Shown: positions 17,851 through 27,445, counted from the first letter of the stretch. The stretch is 64,000 nucleotides of DNA from Bythopirellula sp. (GCA_965216565.1 OZ244170.1:1280001-1344000); one strand, 5' to 3'. Notes: generated from the sequence alone by a model not told the origin. Numbers and translations: made by a program.

Positions 17851-19905
17851 ATGCAGCGTCGCCAGTTTGTCAAAGTCTGTGCAACATCGGCTAGCGCTGC
17901 AATGCTTTCGTCGTGTAGTACCAACAGTCAGCAACGTTCAGAACGAAAGAAGCGAGTTCTGGTGCTGGCCTTCGACGGGTTGGATCCCCGCATTGTGGAG
18001 CAACTGATCGAATCTAAGCGACTGCCAAATTTCGATAGGCTTGCCCAGCAGGGTTCGATGGTGCGAATTGCCACGACCACCCCGCCGCATACTCCGGTAG
18101 CATTCTCCAGCATTATTACTGGCACAGATCCTGGCTCGCACCAGATATTCGATTTTATTCATCGCGATCCGAATCCTGTAAACGGTTTGCCGTTGCGTCC
18201 TTACTTATCTACGGCAGAGACTTCGGAGACCAACTATACACCTTCGGTTGGTGGATGGCGTTTGCCGTATTCTGGCGGCGAGACGCGGTTGATGCGAAAG
18301 GGCAAGCCCTATTGGGATCATCTGGTAGCAGCGGGTATCGATGCCGATGTGTATTATTTACCCGCAAATTTCCCCACCCAACCGCCGAGTGGGCCGGGAC
18401 GCTTTCGCTCGATCAGCGGAATGGGAACTCCCGACCTGCTGGGCAGCTATGGCGAGTTTACCGTATTCACTCCAAATGTTTCGCGGAGGGGACGTACCGT
18501 TGGTGGTGGTAGATTTGTTCGCTTGGCGCTACGTAATCATCGAGGATCTGCTGAGTTAACAGGACCGCCCAACCCACTATTGAAACCAAATGCCGCTGGA
18601 GTTTCGGAGCCGCTGAAAGTTGCATTGAATGTAGTGCGTGATCCAGAACACCCGGTTGCCAGAGTGAAGCTGGGCGGCAGCGTACAGTTGATCGCAGAAA
18701 ATGAATGGAGCGATTGGCTGCCGGTTGATTTTCCTACGGATCTGCCGGGCACAACGGTTCTCTCAAGCCTCGGTGCGCAACCGTCTGTTCGCGGCATGGT
18801 GAGAATTTTTGCCAAGCAAATTCATCCTCGACTGGAACTCTATGTGTCGCCGATCAATATCGATCCACTGCACCCTGTCGTACCAATTACCGTACCCGCA
18901 GCTTTTTCTCAAGAATTGGTTCGTCAGCATGGTCGCTTTCATACGCTTGGCATTCCCGAAGATACCAAAGCACTCAGCAGAGGTGCATTGTCAGAGGAAC
19001 AATTTTTGACGCAGGCGAAAACTGTGATGGCTGAACGAGTGGGCCAGTTTAGACATGCGTTATCCTCGTTCCAAAGTGGCTGTTTGTTTTTCTACTTTGG
19101 AGAGACAGATCTGGTGCAGCACATGTTTTGGCGTGACCGAGATCCAGAACACCCCGCCTTCGACAAAGAAGAATCTCAGCAGTTTGGTAAAGTTGTAGAA
19201 GACGTCTATTTGGGAGCCGATCGACTCGTTGGTGAGGCACTCGCCAAGCTAGGGCCGGACGATACCCTGATGGTTCTCTCCGATCATGGCTTCACTTCGT
19301 TCCGCCGCGGATTCAATCTCAATACTTGGTTACTGGAAAACGGCTATATTGATTTAATTGATCCGAAGCGTCAGGGAGAACAAGAACTGTTTCAGAATGT
19401 CGCCTGGGACAATACCAAGGCCTATGGTTTGGGGATGAATGGAGTTTATATCAATGCGATCGGTCGAGAAAAAGCGGGGGCCGTTTCAGAGAAAGAGTCT
19501 CAACGGTTGTTGAATGAAATTAGCGAACGTCTATTGGAGGTACGCGACCACAACGGCAGCCACGTCATAGAGTCGGTCCATAAGGTGGAAGACTTGTATC
19601 CGGAAGCTGATAGGAGCATCGCGCCAGATATGATAGTTGGTTACAATGATTCTTACCGGGCTAGTTGGGAAACCGTCCTAGGTAAAATGCCCTCTCAGCT
19701 ATTAGTTGATAACACGGATCGATGGAGTGGGACCCACCTGATTTCGGCAGATTTGATTCCTGGAGTGTTTCTCAGTAACAGAAAAGTCGAGAAGGACCAT
19801 TCCTCCATCTGTGATATCGCTCCTACCATCCTCGCTGAGTTCGGTATCGAGACTCCTACGGAGATGAATGGCGGACCTCTATTTTCAAAGGCATCAGATG
19901 TTTAA
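17851..19905 (+). CDS. Type I phosphodiesterase/nucleotide pyrophosphatase paralog with Tat/lipoprotein-like signal
   Basis: MQRRQFVK twin-Arg, LSSC, AFDGLD, TPPHTPVAF, DLVQHMFW, SDHGF, WSGTH. Confidence 0.87.
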   Translation: MQRRQFVKVCATSASAAMLSSCSTNSQQRSERKKRVLVLAFDGLDPRIVEQLIESKRLPNFDRLAQQGSMVRIATTTPPHTPVAFSSIITGTDPGSHQIFDFIHRDPNPVNGLPLRPYLSTAETSETNYTPSVGGWRLPYSGGETRLMRKGKPYWDHLVAAGIDADVYYLPANFPTQPPSGPGRFRSISGMGTPDLLGSYGEFTVFTPNVSRRGRTVGGGRFVRLALRNHRGSAELTGPPNPLLKPNAAGVSEPLKVALNVVRDPEHPVARVKLGGSVQLIAENEWSDWLPVDFPTDLPGTTVLSSLGAQPSVRGMVRIFAKQIHPRLELYVSPINIDPLHPVVPITVPAAFSQELVRQHGRFHTLGIPEDTKALSRGALSEEQFLTQAKTVMAERVGQFRHALSSFQSGCLFFYFGETDLVQHMFWRDRDPEHPAFDKEESQQFGKVVEDVYLGADRLVGEALAKLGPDDTLMVLSDHGFTSFRRGFNLNTWLLENGYIDLIDPKRQGEQELFQNVAWDNTKAYGLGMNGVYINAIGREKAGAVSEKESQRLLNEISERLLEVRDHNGSHVIESVHKVEDLYPEADRSIAPDMIVGYNDSYRASWETVLGKMPSQLLVDNTDRWSGTHLISADLIPGVFLSNRKVEKDHSSICDIAPTILAEFGIETPTEMNGGPLFSKASDV

Positions 19906-20092
19906 CTCCAAGAAAATCAGCATCGGCAAAGGGCTCTACGAAAAGCTCGCCAGTGGAGCCGAACAATCAGGATACTCCTCCACGGATGAGTACATTAGAC
20001 ACCTGCTGGAGAAGGAAGTGGCAAAGCTAGGCGACGATCAAGACCAGAAACTGGCCGAGGACCAACTCCGGGGCTTAGGGTATCTGGAATAG
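19898..20092 (+). CDS. Small ribbon-helix-helix/CopG-like protein with C-terminal LRGLGY motif
   Basis: MFNSKKISIGKGLYEKL...GYSSTDEYIRHLLEKEV...EDQLRGLGYLE; ATG overlaps the upstream stop codon. Confidence 0.75.
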   Translation: MFNSKKISIGKGLYEKLASGAEQSGYSSTDEYIRHLLEKEVAKLGDDQDQKLAEDQLRGLGYLE

Positions 20093-20122
20093 CCAAACAA
20101 CCATGGTGCGCTTCTTCCACGT

Positions 20123-20956
20123 ATGGATTCATTCAACACACTTCTCTGTAATATTACGAGCGCCGTTCTGTCGCCGCTTTCAAGCAGGTCGCCACTGTTG
20201 GCTTTGGTTCTTGTTTCAGCGTTCTTCGGTGTCGCGGTTGCCCTAGTATTTAAGTGGACGTCGAATCAAACAAAACTTCGTCACACAGTGGACCTATGCC
20301 GTGCACAAATATTGGCAATTAAGCTCTTTAAGGATGAGCCTAAAACGATTGTTGTTTCTCTAGGGAGACTAATGCTCTATACGCTTCAACGAATTTGGTA
20401 TTTAGTTCCTTCGGTAATAGCGATACTCGTTCCCACTATTGTGTTACTGATTCAGTTGGCTACCTGGTACGAGTACCGGCCTTTGGTTGAAGGTGAATCG
20501 GCAGTTGTGGAAATTCAGTTGACCGGTGATGCTTGGAATCATTATTCGGATATCCAACCTAAGACTCCCAGTCAGCTTGAGAACGAAACTCCGTCACTGC
20601 GAGATCGTGAACAGAAATCGGTTTCTTGGCGGATTCGCGCTGTAGAATCCGCACCTGCTGTGCTCGTGTGGCAACTTGGGGCCGAGACTATTGAGAAGGA
20701 AGTTGCGATCACTGATCGACCTGAGATGCTATCGCCGGTAAGTGTACGTCGCCCTTCATCCGGCTGGTTCGATCGTCTGTTGAATCCTGTGGAACGACCA
20801 CTAGCTAAGCAATGCCCCGCGGTTGGGATCGCGGTTCATCATCCTAAGCGGTCGACGCTAGTTTTCGGCTGGGACATTCCTTGGTGGCTGACAATGCTGG
20901 TCGTTTCGATGGTTGCAGCAATTCTGGTGAGGCCAGTCTTCAAAGTTCAGTTCTGA
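20123..20956 (+). CDS. Membrane protein, DUF106/EMC3/TMCO1 (Oxa1 superfamily)-like architecture
   Basis: TM1-FKWTSNQ-helical loop-TM2-soluble insert-WW...S...RPVFKV C-terminal TM. Confidence 0.6.
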   Translation: MDSFNTLLCNITSAVLSPLSSRSPLLALVLVSAFFGVAVALVFKWTSNQTKLRHTVDLCRAQILAIKLFKDEPKTIVVSLGRLMLYTLQRIWYLVPSVIAILVPTIVLLIQLATWYEYRPLVEGESAVVEIQLTGDAWNHYSDIQPKTPSQLENETPSLRDREQKSVSWRIRAVESAPAVLVWQLGAETIEKEVAITDRPEMLSPVSVRRPSSGWFDRLLNPVERPLAKQCPAVGIAVHHPKRSTLVFGWDIPWWLTMLVVSMVAAILVRPVFKVQF

Positions 20957-21080
20957 GTATTCGCATACGTTACGGCGCTCAGTTATCAACGAAAAACAGG
21001 ATTGGCATGCATTTAAACAGCGAATTCTAGCAGCCCAGTAAATCTAGTTCCGTGTTTGGTTTGCAGGGTGGTTATCCGTC

Positions 21081-22058
21081 TCAACAGTTGAAGTGCTTCT
21101 TGTAGACGTTCCAGGTCGTTTCGATAATTGTCTTCAAATCGCTATGCTGCGCCTTCCAATCTAAGGTCGATTCGATCTTTTTCGACTCTGCGTAGAGCTG
21201 AGAGGGATCGCCAGGCCGTCGATCGGTAAACTCCGCTGGAATTTCTTTGCCGGTTATTTCCCGAGTAAGTTCGAGAACTTCCAAAACACTGGTGCCCTGG
21301 GCAGTTCCCAGATTAAAGATATTACTCTGGTCATGTGTTACAAGATGATTCATCGCGCTGACATGAGCCGTTGCCAAGTCGCTGACGTGAATGAAGTCTC
21401 TGATACACGATCCGTCCTTCGTGTCGTAGTCTGTCCCGAAAATCTGCACCTGTGGTCGTTTGCCAACAGCAACTTCCATTAGCACTGGGATAAGATTGGT
21501 GGTTATTTGCTCGATGCCGGTTACTCTTCCCTGGACGTCGTAGCCCGATGCATTGAAGTAGCGCAGAGCAGAGTAGCGAATGCCCTTCAGCTTGTCGTAC
21601 CAATCCATCAAGCGTTCCATTTCCAGCTTGGTATAGCCATAGAAGCTTTCAGGGTTTGTCGAGTGCTGCTCGTCCAGGGGTAAGTACGTTGGCTCGCCAA
21701 AAACGCCGGCACTGGAGGAAAATACAATATTGCGAACACCATGTTCAATCATGGCGTTGAGAACATGGATCGTACCAGAGATATTGTTGACCGCGAACGA
21801 ACCGGGCTCTTCCATTGAGAGTCCGACATGTTTGAAGGCGGCTAGGTGGACGATACCTTCAATTCCTTCGGACATCGCGGAACTAATCTCGTCCGCTTTG
21901 CGAATGTCACCTTTGACAAATACTTCCTCTGGAAAAATGTTCTCTTCCACTCCAGAGGACATATCATCGAACACGGTCACTTGATGGCCCTGATCGAGAA
22001 ATTCACGGGCCACATGCGAGCCTATATATCCAGCACCGCCGATGACTAAGATATTCAT
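21081..22058 (-). CDS. galE: UDP-glucose 4-epimerase
   Basis: GGAGYIGSH, FSSSA, YGYTK, LRYFNA, DGSCIRDFIHVSDLA, RRPGDP. Confidence 0.95.
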   Translation of the reverse strand: MNILVIGGAGYIGSHVAREFLDQGHQVTVFDDMSSGVEENIFPEEVFVKGDIRKADEISSAMSEGIEGIVHLAAFKHVGLSMEEPGSFAVNNISGTIHVLNAMIEHGVRNIVFSSSAGVFGEPTYLPLDEQHSTNPESFYGYTKLEMERLMDWYDKLKGIRYSALRYFNASGYDVQGRVTGIEQITTNLIPVLMEVAVGKRPQVQIFGTDYDTKDGSCIRDFIHVSDLATAHVSAMNHLVTHDQSNIFNLGTAQGTSVLEVLELTREITGKEIPAEFTDRRPGDPSQLYAESKKIESTLDWKAQHSDLKTIIETTWNVYKKHFNC

Positions 22059-22533
22059 TCAATCCTGCATTTCGTTTTAGTAGCTACGGACTGTTGTTCG
22101 TTGATATTCAGTTCGCTTCTAGGACGTTCTGCGGCTTGCGGGGAGTTCTTATTGCTTACTGCCACGCACCGTCGAGAAGCCCGTCGCCGAACTGGAATAG
22201 ACCAGCGATTCATAGAATTATAAAGACCCAACCAATAGATGGGGAGGCCCTCAACCTGAACGCTAAATGTTCTGTGAGCGTCGGGGCAGGGCAGGGGAGA
22301 GCGAGATTCTGATGGTTCAGTATTCAAGTTTCCATAGCATCCCTCGTACTTTTCGATCTGCTGTAAGAAGGCTTCAGCAGGCAAGTAACAAGAACGCGAT
22401 TCCATGAGTCGGTCTTCTTCAGACTAAGCCTACGACGTCAGTCATAATCAAGATTAGGGAGAATGAAGCCGTCTGAATCCAAGTGGCAAGAAGCAGCGTT
22501 CGTCGGCGTTTAGAATTAGAACCGCAAATGGCC

Positions 22534-22625
22534 ATGCTGGTCGTCATCGATGAGTTTACACGCGAGAACTTGGCCATCTGTGCGGGTCAGCTGATGATGA
22601 TGATGTGGCAGTGACCTTGGAATCG
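22534..22625 (+). mobile_element. Degenerate IS3-family transposase fragment
   Basis: Translates MLVVIDEFTRENLAI (IS3 core motif L-x-I/V-D-E-F-T-R-E-x-L-A-I), then a frameshift and stop. Confidence 0.6.
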
Positions 22626-22785
22626 AATGCGAACTGACGGAAGACACCGCTATCAATTCGGGTCCCGTCATCGTGACGTCGAATTACGTCAAGCTGGCGT
22701 CTATCACCAAGCCAACCTTCTTTGCAGTTCTCAAATAGTCGCAATACAGACGCGGCCATCTTGCTACCGCGTTATTGGTGAACTG

Positions 22786-22801
22786 TGGCATACGCTTTGC
22801 A
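22786..22801 (+). promoter_or_regulatory. sigma54 -24/-12 promoter upstream of PRC-barrel gene
   Basis: TGGCAT-ACGCT-TTGCA, exact consensus spacing. Confidence 0.75.
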
Positions 22802-22877
22802 CCTGCAAGTTCCTAGGCCTCATCGATGGGATAGAGGCAATAATTTCTTCAAGCACCCCAAAGAAAGGGAACTACCT

Positions 22878-23450
22878 ATGAAGATTCAAAAGTTTCATGT
22901 TTTGTCAGCTTGCATTGCAGCAACAGCGTTGATCTGTTTTGCAGCATCGGTCGATGCGGAGCACCATGCAACCAAGGATAAGGACCACAACTCGACACAG
23001 CACAGTCAGGATGGGAGCCATACCCGCTCCGGACGGCTAGGGAATTTAGATAGCACGGTTTCTGGTTCAAATATTCGTGTGAGTGAACTCATCGGCATGA
23101 ACATCCAAAACCAGCAGGGCGAAAGTGTTGGCGAAATCAATGACTTGGTTCTCAATGGGAACTCGGGAAAAATCCGCTATGCTGCCGTCACTTATGGTGG
23201 TTTCCTGGGAATGGGAGACAAAATGTTTGCTGTGCCGTTTGAGTCGTTTCGAGTGCAGACTCAAGAGGACGACCATGACGATCACGTTCTGGTCCTGAAT
23301 GTGAACGAAAAGCAGCTCGAGGGAGCCCAGGGTTTCGACCAAGACAACTGGCCAGACTTTGCTAACAAGGATTTCACAAGCGATGTTGATCGTCGATTTG
23401 GAGTTGACCGTAATCGCAAGAAGGATGACCATCGGTCTTCGAACCGCTAA
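22878..23450 (+). CDS. Secreted PRC-barrel domain protein
   Basis: Signal peptide; SELIGMNIQNQQGESVGEINDLV...YAAVTYGGFLGMGDKMFAVP. Confidence 0.9.
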   Translation: MKIQKFHVLSACIAATALICFAASVDAEHHATKDKDHNSTQHSQDGSHTRSGRLGNLDSTVSGSNIRVSELIGMNIQNQQGESVGEINDLVLNGNSGKIRYAAVTYGGFLGMGDKMFAVPFESFRVQTQEDDHDDHVLVLNVNEKQLEGAQGFDQDNWPDFANKDFTSDVDRRFGVDRNRKKDDHRSSNR

Positions 23451-23535
23451 CGTGGGCTACACCTGTTAAGTTTGGCAATGTGTGGCATCGCGCCCTATCG
23501 CTATCAATTGCGGGTGTGGTAACCAAGGTCTTTAT

Positions 23536-23571
23536 TGAGCCGTCGCAGGTTGAACAACTTGCGGCGGCTCA
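23536..23571 (+). terminator. Stem-loop downstream of PRC-barrel gene
   Basis: TGAGCCGTCGCAGGTT-GAAC-AACTTGCGGCGGCTCA. Confidence 0.7.
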
Positions 23572-23857
23572 TCGTATGTTGCCAGGTTTCAATTTTGTCC
23601 TAGCCTAGACTTCAACACATGTACACAGTCAGAAATCGAAGTAACTCGGTTCACCTAGATGCCTGACCAAGTGTATCCGGCGGCTGAGATCATGGTATTG
23701 CCTTAGTCCGAATCCTCGGATTGTCATCTCACCCGCCGTATCCAGGTAAAAGCAATCAAGAGTTTGCTGCTGAGGACCTGCACTTCAGAAATATCTGGAA
23801 TTGGTGGGTGCACCGACTTCTAACCTACTCCTCAATATGAGAAAATCCCTGGCTACT

Positions 23858-25438
23858 ATGAAGAAGATCTTACTAATAGTCATCGATGCTCTTGCTTCCA
23901 GAATTATCAATCCGGCGATTGAACGAGGGAGCTTGCCCACCTTCCACGCCTTAATTCAGAAAGGCGTCTTTCGCCCTGAGTGCACTTCCATTTTCCCATC
24001 GATCACTCCTGCCGCGACTGCCTCGATTGCAACAGGAATGTACCCCACGGATCATCACATCGCGGGTGCATTCTGGTTTAACCGCGAAGAAGAGTGCGTC
24101 GCCTACTACGGAGATGACTTCTGGGTGATGCTCGAGGAGGGAATGCAGGAATTCTTCGATGAATTCCTGAACCATCTGAATCATAAACGACTTCACGCTG
24201 ATACCGTCTACCAGCGAATTGAGCGTCACGGAATGACCTCCGCGGTTCTAAATTTCATCTGGTTCCGGGGCGAAACGCGTCACGATGTTAATGTTCCCCT
24301 GCTGTTGAAATTGTTTCCCGGTGACGAGTTTTCGCCCCAAATATACGGGCCTAGAGTTCTGGGCTTGGCCGACTTTGCGAGTTCAGCCATTCCCGGCCGC
24401 GAAGAGAAGTTGCAGGCGACAGGTGGTATAACTCGGCGATTCGGTTTCCATGACGAAACAACAGCAGAGTACTTACTTCATTTGAGCACAGCCGAACCGT
24501 TTCCTGACTTCACGCTTGCCTATTTTCCGAACAACGACTATGCCAGCCACCAAGAGGGCCCTGCCGAGGCTCTGAAAGAGGTGCAAAAGGTTGACGACCA
24601 CCTTGCCGAGTTCATTGAAAGCCGTGGCGGAATAGATTCTTTCTTGAATGAATTTACCATCATCATATTGGGAGATCATTCCCAGTGCGACTTGAAAAAA
24701 GACGCCAGCGCTCGTGGAATCGATTTGAACGAAATGTTCAAGGACTATCAGATTGCCAAACCTGGTTCGCCTTGGAACGAAGAAGACGACCTGATGGTTT
24801 GCCCCAACATGCGTGCTTGTCATATTTACTTGCAAGACCGGTCCTCGTCTGCGAGAGACAGAGTCGTATCCCGCTTGCTTCAAAATTCTCGCGTCGATCA
24901 GGTTTTGTGGCGAGAGAGCGCTTGGGATCATGGTCAGGTAGAAAAAATAACCGATCTTACGACGGACAGATTCCATGTCCAAACTGAAGAGGACGATCTG
25001 AAATTCTGGTTCGCGGAGTCCGAGGATGCGATTTCCGGACGAGATATTTATGGAAATTCGTGGAGTTGGGAAGGCAGTCTGGCAGGTATCGACGCGAGCG
25101 TGAATGCTCAAGGCGTAATCGAATATGAGGGGTATCCCAATGCACTGGAGCGTATCGCAACGAGCTTTAGTCAATTGGCAAGTGATTTATGGGTTACGGC
25201 AAAGATCGGTTGCGAGTTTGAACTCAAGGAGACATCGATCCACGAGAGCGGATCACATGGTGCTTTGAATAGAGACGATTCTACAGCTCCTCTAATCATT
25301 GCAGGCCTGCCTGATGCGATTGATATACCAGAATGTCCGCGGGCCATCGATATTGCACCACTCTGCCTGCAAGCACTTGGCCTCCAAGACGAGGCAGCGC
25401 AACTTATCGAACAACGAGTCGCAGGCAAACCACGTTAG
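23858..25438 (+). CDS. Alkaline phosphatase family / nucleotide pyrophosphatase-like protein
   Basis: IVIDAL, SIFPSITPAATASIATG, DYASH, GDHSQ, GSHG. Confidence 0.85.
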   Translation: MKKILLIVIDALASRIINPAIERGSLPTFHALIQKGVFRPECTSIFPSITPAATASIATGMYPTDHHIAGAFWFNREEECVAYYGDDFWVMLEEGMQEFFDEFLNHLNHKRLHADTVYQRIERHGMTSAVLNFIWFRGETRHDVNVPLLLKLFPGDEFSPQIYGPRVLGLADFASSAIPGREEKLQATGGITRRFGFHDETTAEYLLHLSTAEPFPDFTLAYFPNNDYASHQEGPAEALKEVQKVDDHLAEFIESRGGIDSFLNEFTIIILGDHSQCDLKKDASARGIDLNEMFKDYQIAKPGSPWNEEDDLMVCPNMRACHIYLQDRSSSARDRVVSRLLQNSRVDQVLWRESAWDHGQVEKITDLTTDRFHVQTEEDDLKFWFAESEDAISGRDIYGNSWSWEGSLAGIDASVNAQGVIEYEGYPNALERIATSFSQLASDLWVTAKIGCEFELKETSIHESGSHGALNRDDSTAPLIIAGLPDAIDIPECPRAIDIAPLCLQALGLQDEAAQLIEQRVAGKPR

Positions 25439-25488
25439 TGGATGAACCCACGATGATTGCCGCATCACGCATTCGAGCCTTCTAGCGC

Positions 25489-26175
25489 CTATCCGAGTAG
25501 TGCGGCATCGAATCTCTTGTCGAATTCCGTGAACAATTCGAGGATATCGGGCCGATCCAACGCTTGCTGCACTTCATCAGCACTTGATTCCACTTTTGCC
25601 GAGGTTTTCAATTCACTTGGGGGTAGCTCAGACTTCGCCGTACTTTTCACATCCGACTGAGCTGCCTTCTTCCAGTGATCGATATGCGACAGAGCATCTC
25701 TTACTGCCGCGGTCACCGCCCGGAAGTCCATGCGGCGGAATGAACTATCAAATGCGTCTTTCATCTGTTTCGCTCGTCGAGAGTCGATCTCATCTCCACG
25801 GGCCAAGCAACGGTCAAGTGTCCGACCAAGTAGAACTGTCTTGGTGATTTCCTTAGGGATACTCCGAACAACAGTAAGAACGGAAATTATCTTGCGGAAA
25901 GGAAAGAGCAATAGTTTTATCGGTGCTTTCACGATGGCCGTCAAGCAACCACTGAGCCATCCGGTGCTGTCGGTATAGTAAGGCTCATACTGGTCCAATT
26001 GGCTATCGATGCCATGGGCCGCTAAGGTCTTGGAAACAACGAACTTCCTACACCGTTCAATCATTAAATCGTCAAGAAACGGAACGGGGACGTATCGCGA
26101 GCTTGCTGCAAGAATCCCTGCTGCAATCCATTGATGCATCAGCCATCCTTTTAAATTCTGCTCAGATTGGGGCAT
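25489..26175 (-). CDS. Hypothetical protein
   Basis: 228-aa ORF with AASSRYVPVPFLDD segment; co-oriented with the AI-2E gene. Confidence 0.7.
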   Translation of the reverse strand: MPQSEQNLKGWLMHQWIAAGILAASSRYVPVPFLDDLMIERCRKFVVSKTLAAHGIDSQLDQYEPYYTDSTGWLSGCLTAIVKAPIKLLLFPFRKIISVLTVVRSIPKEITKTVLLGRTLDRCLARGDEIDSRRAKQMKDAFDSSFRRMDFRAVTAAVRDALSHIDHWKKAAQSDVKSTAKSELPPSELKTSAKVESSADEVQQALDRPDILELFTEFDKRFDAALLG

Positions 26176-26245
26176 GATGCTAGGATGGGTGGCTTTGCTA
26201 GTGTCTTTGGGATGCGGTGCGGCTCTCGACTTTTCTTGTTTGCCG

Positions 26246-27445
26246 TCAGTCTTCCAAGAAGTCCTTTACATAAGCCTCTTCGACCCCCACCTTGGTGGCG
26301 GCCAAGAGTGGCGAAGCAACTGCCGCACCTAGAAACCCGAAAACCACCCCCATGATTGCTTGGAACGAAATCAACAAAGCCGGCGGCAGCGACACTTGTC
26401 TTTGCTGGATAAGAGGGGTGACAACATAACTTTCAATAATTTGCAATCCGAGATATCCAATAACCACCAGAAACACGACTGTGCCCCCTTTGGGCAGCGC
26501 GAACAGCACGGCCAATACTAGTGCGATCACTCCGCCAATATTTGGAATGAAAGTGAGCAGCGCGGTGACTATTCCTAGTGTAATCGCCATAGGTACTTGC
26601 AGCAGTAGTAACAACAGGCCAGCACCAGAACCTGTAATCATCATGGTTGCAAATCGGCCCACTAGCCAATTCCATAGTGCCTCGCCCATGAGATCCAGAA
26701 TCTCGCGAGTTCGCTCTCGACGGTCGACAGGAAACAGCTTTACCAAGCCATCTCGATATGTGTGTGGAGAGGTCGCCAGGAACAGACCGACGAAGAAAAT
26801 TAGTGCACTATTCACTAACAGTCCGAACGTGGTCTTAAACACGCCGGCCAAAGCAGACGCTCCTTTTTGGACGGTATTTCGCAGTGCAGACTGCTGGGCA
26901 GCTTTTGCACGATCCTGAGACGAATTGCTGCTCTGTTCGTCACTGTTTGCATTCTCGCTGTCTTCATTAGATGTGGGTTCATTCTTCGTCTCAGAATCTT
27001 TTCCCTCGTTGCTTTTCTGACTAGACGATTGTTCCTCGGGATCGGTGCCTGAAACTATTTCTCGTATAAAAGGAGTGGATCGCAGTACGGTGTTTAGAGA
27101 AGGATATCTATTAGCAAGTTCTCGAATGCGCTGAACTCCGTCGTCGGCCTGTTGGCTGGCTTGTTCAAACTGGTTATCTACTTGAACACCGAACATGCCG
27201 ACTAGCGAAACCGTGGCCAGTAATAAAGTAGCCGTGACGATTCCCAAGTTCCAAGCATAGTCCAGTGAAGTCAGCCTACCGAGCATTTGGCTGGTTCCTG
27301 ACAGAAAAACTCCAAACAAGACACTCAAGAACAGTATGAGGAAGAGTTCAGTGGCAATACTCATCGCAGCCCCGAACACCGTCAGGCAGGTGAGTAGGCC
27401 GACAGCGAGGAATATTAGCCTGGTAGGTGTCGAGGAAGTGCTCAT
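26246..27445 (-). CDS. AI-2E family transporter
   Basis: Multi-TM; LTFIPNIG, QIIESYVVTPLI, VSLPP, GAAVASPL. Confidence 0.9.
   Translation of the reverse strand: MSTSSTPTRLIFLAVGLLTCLTVFGAAMSIATELFLILFLSVLFGVFLSGTSQMLGRLTSLDYAWNLGIVTATLLLATVSLVGMFGVQVDNQFEQASQQADDGVQRIRELANRYPSLNTVLRSTPFIREIVSGTDPEEQSSSQKSNEGKDSETKNEPTSNEDSENANSDEQSSNSSQDRAKAAQQSALRNTVQKGASALAGVFKTTFGLLVNSALIFFVGLFLATSPHTYRDGLVKLFPVDRRERTREILDLMGEALWNWLVGRFATMMITGSGAGLLLLLLQVPMAITLGIVTALLTFIPNIGGVIALVLAVLFALPKGGTVVFLVVIGYLGLQIIESYVVTPLIQQRQVSLPPALLISFQAIMGVVFGFLGAAVASPLLAATKVGVEEAYVKDFLED

Noticed and set aside
22055..22405. 116-aa ORF upstream of galE
   Set aside because: No recognisable motifs; likely promoter or decayed sequence next to the IS fragment.
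24473..25174. Long antisense ORFs (e.g. 24473-25174, 3508-4098, 29196-29819)
   Set aside because: Shadows of well-supported genes on the opposite strand or in another frame, with no motifs of their own.
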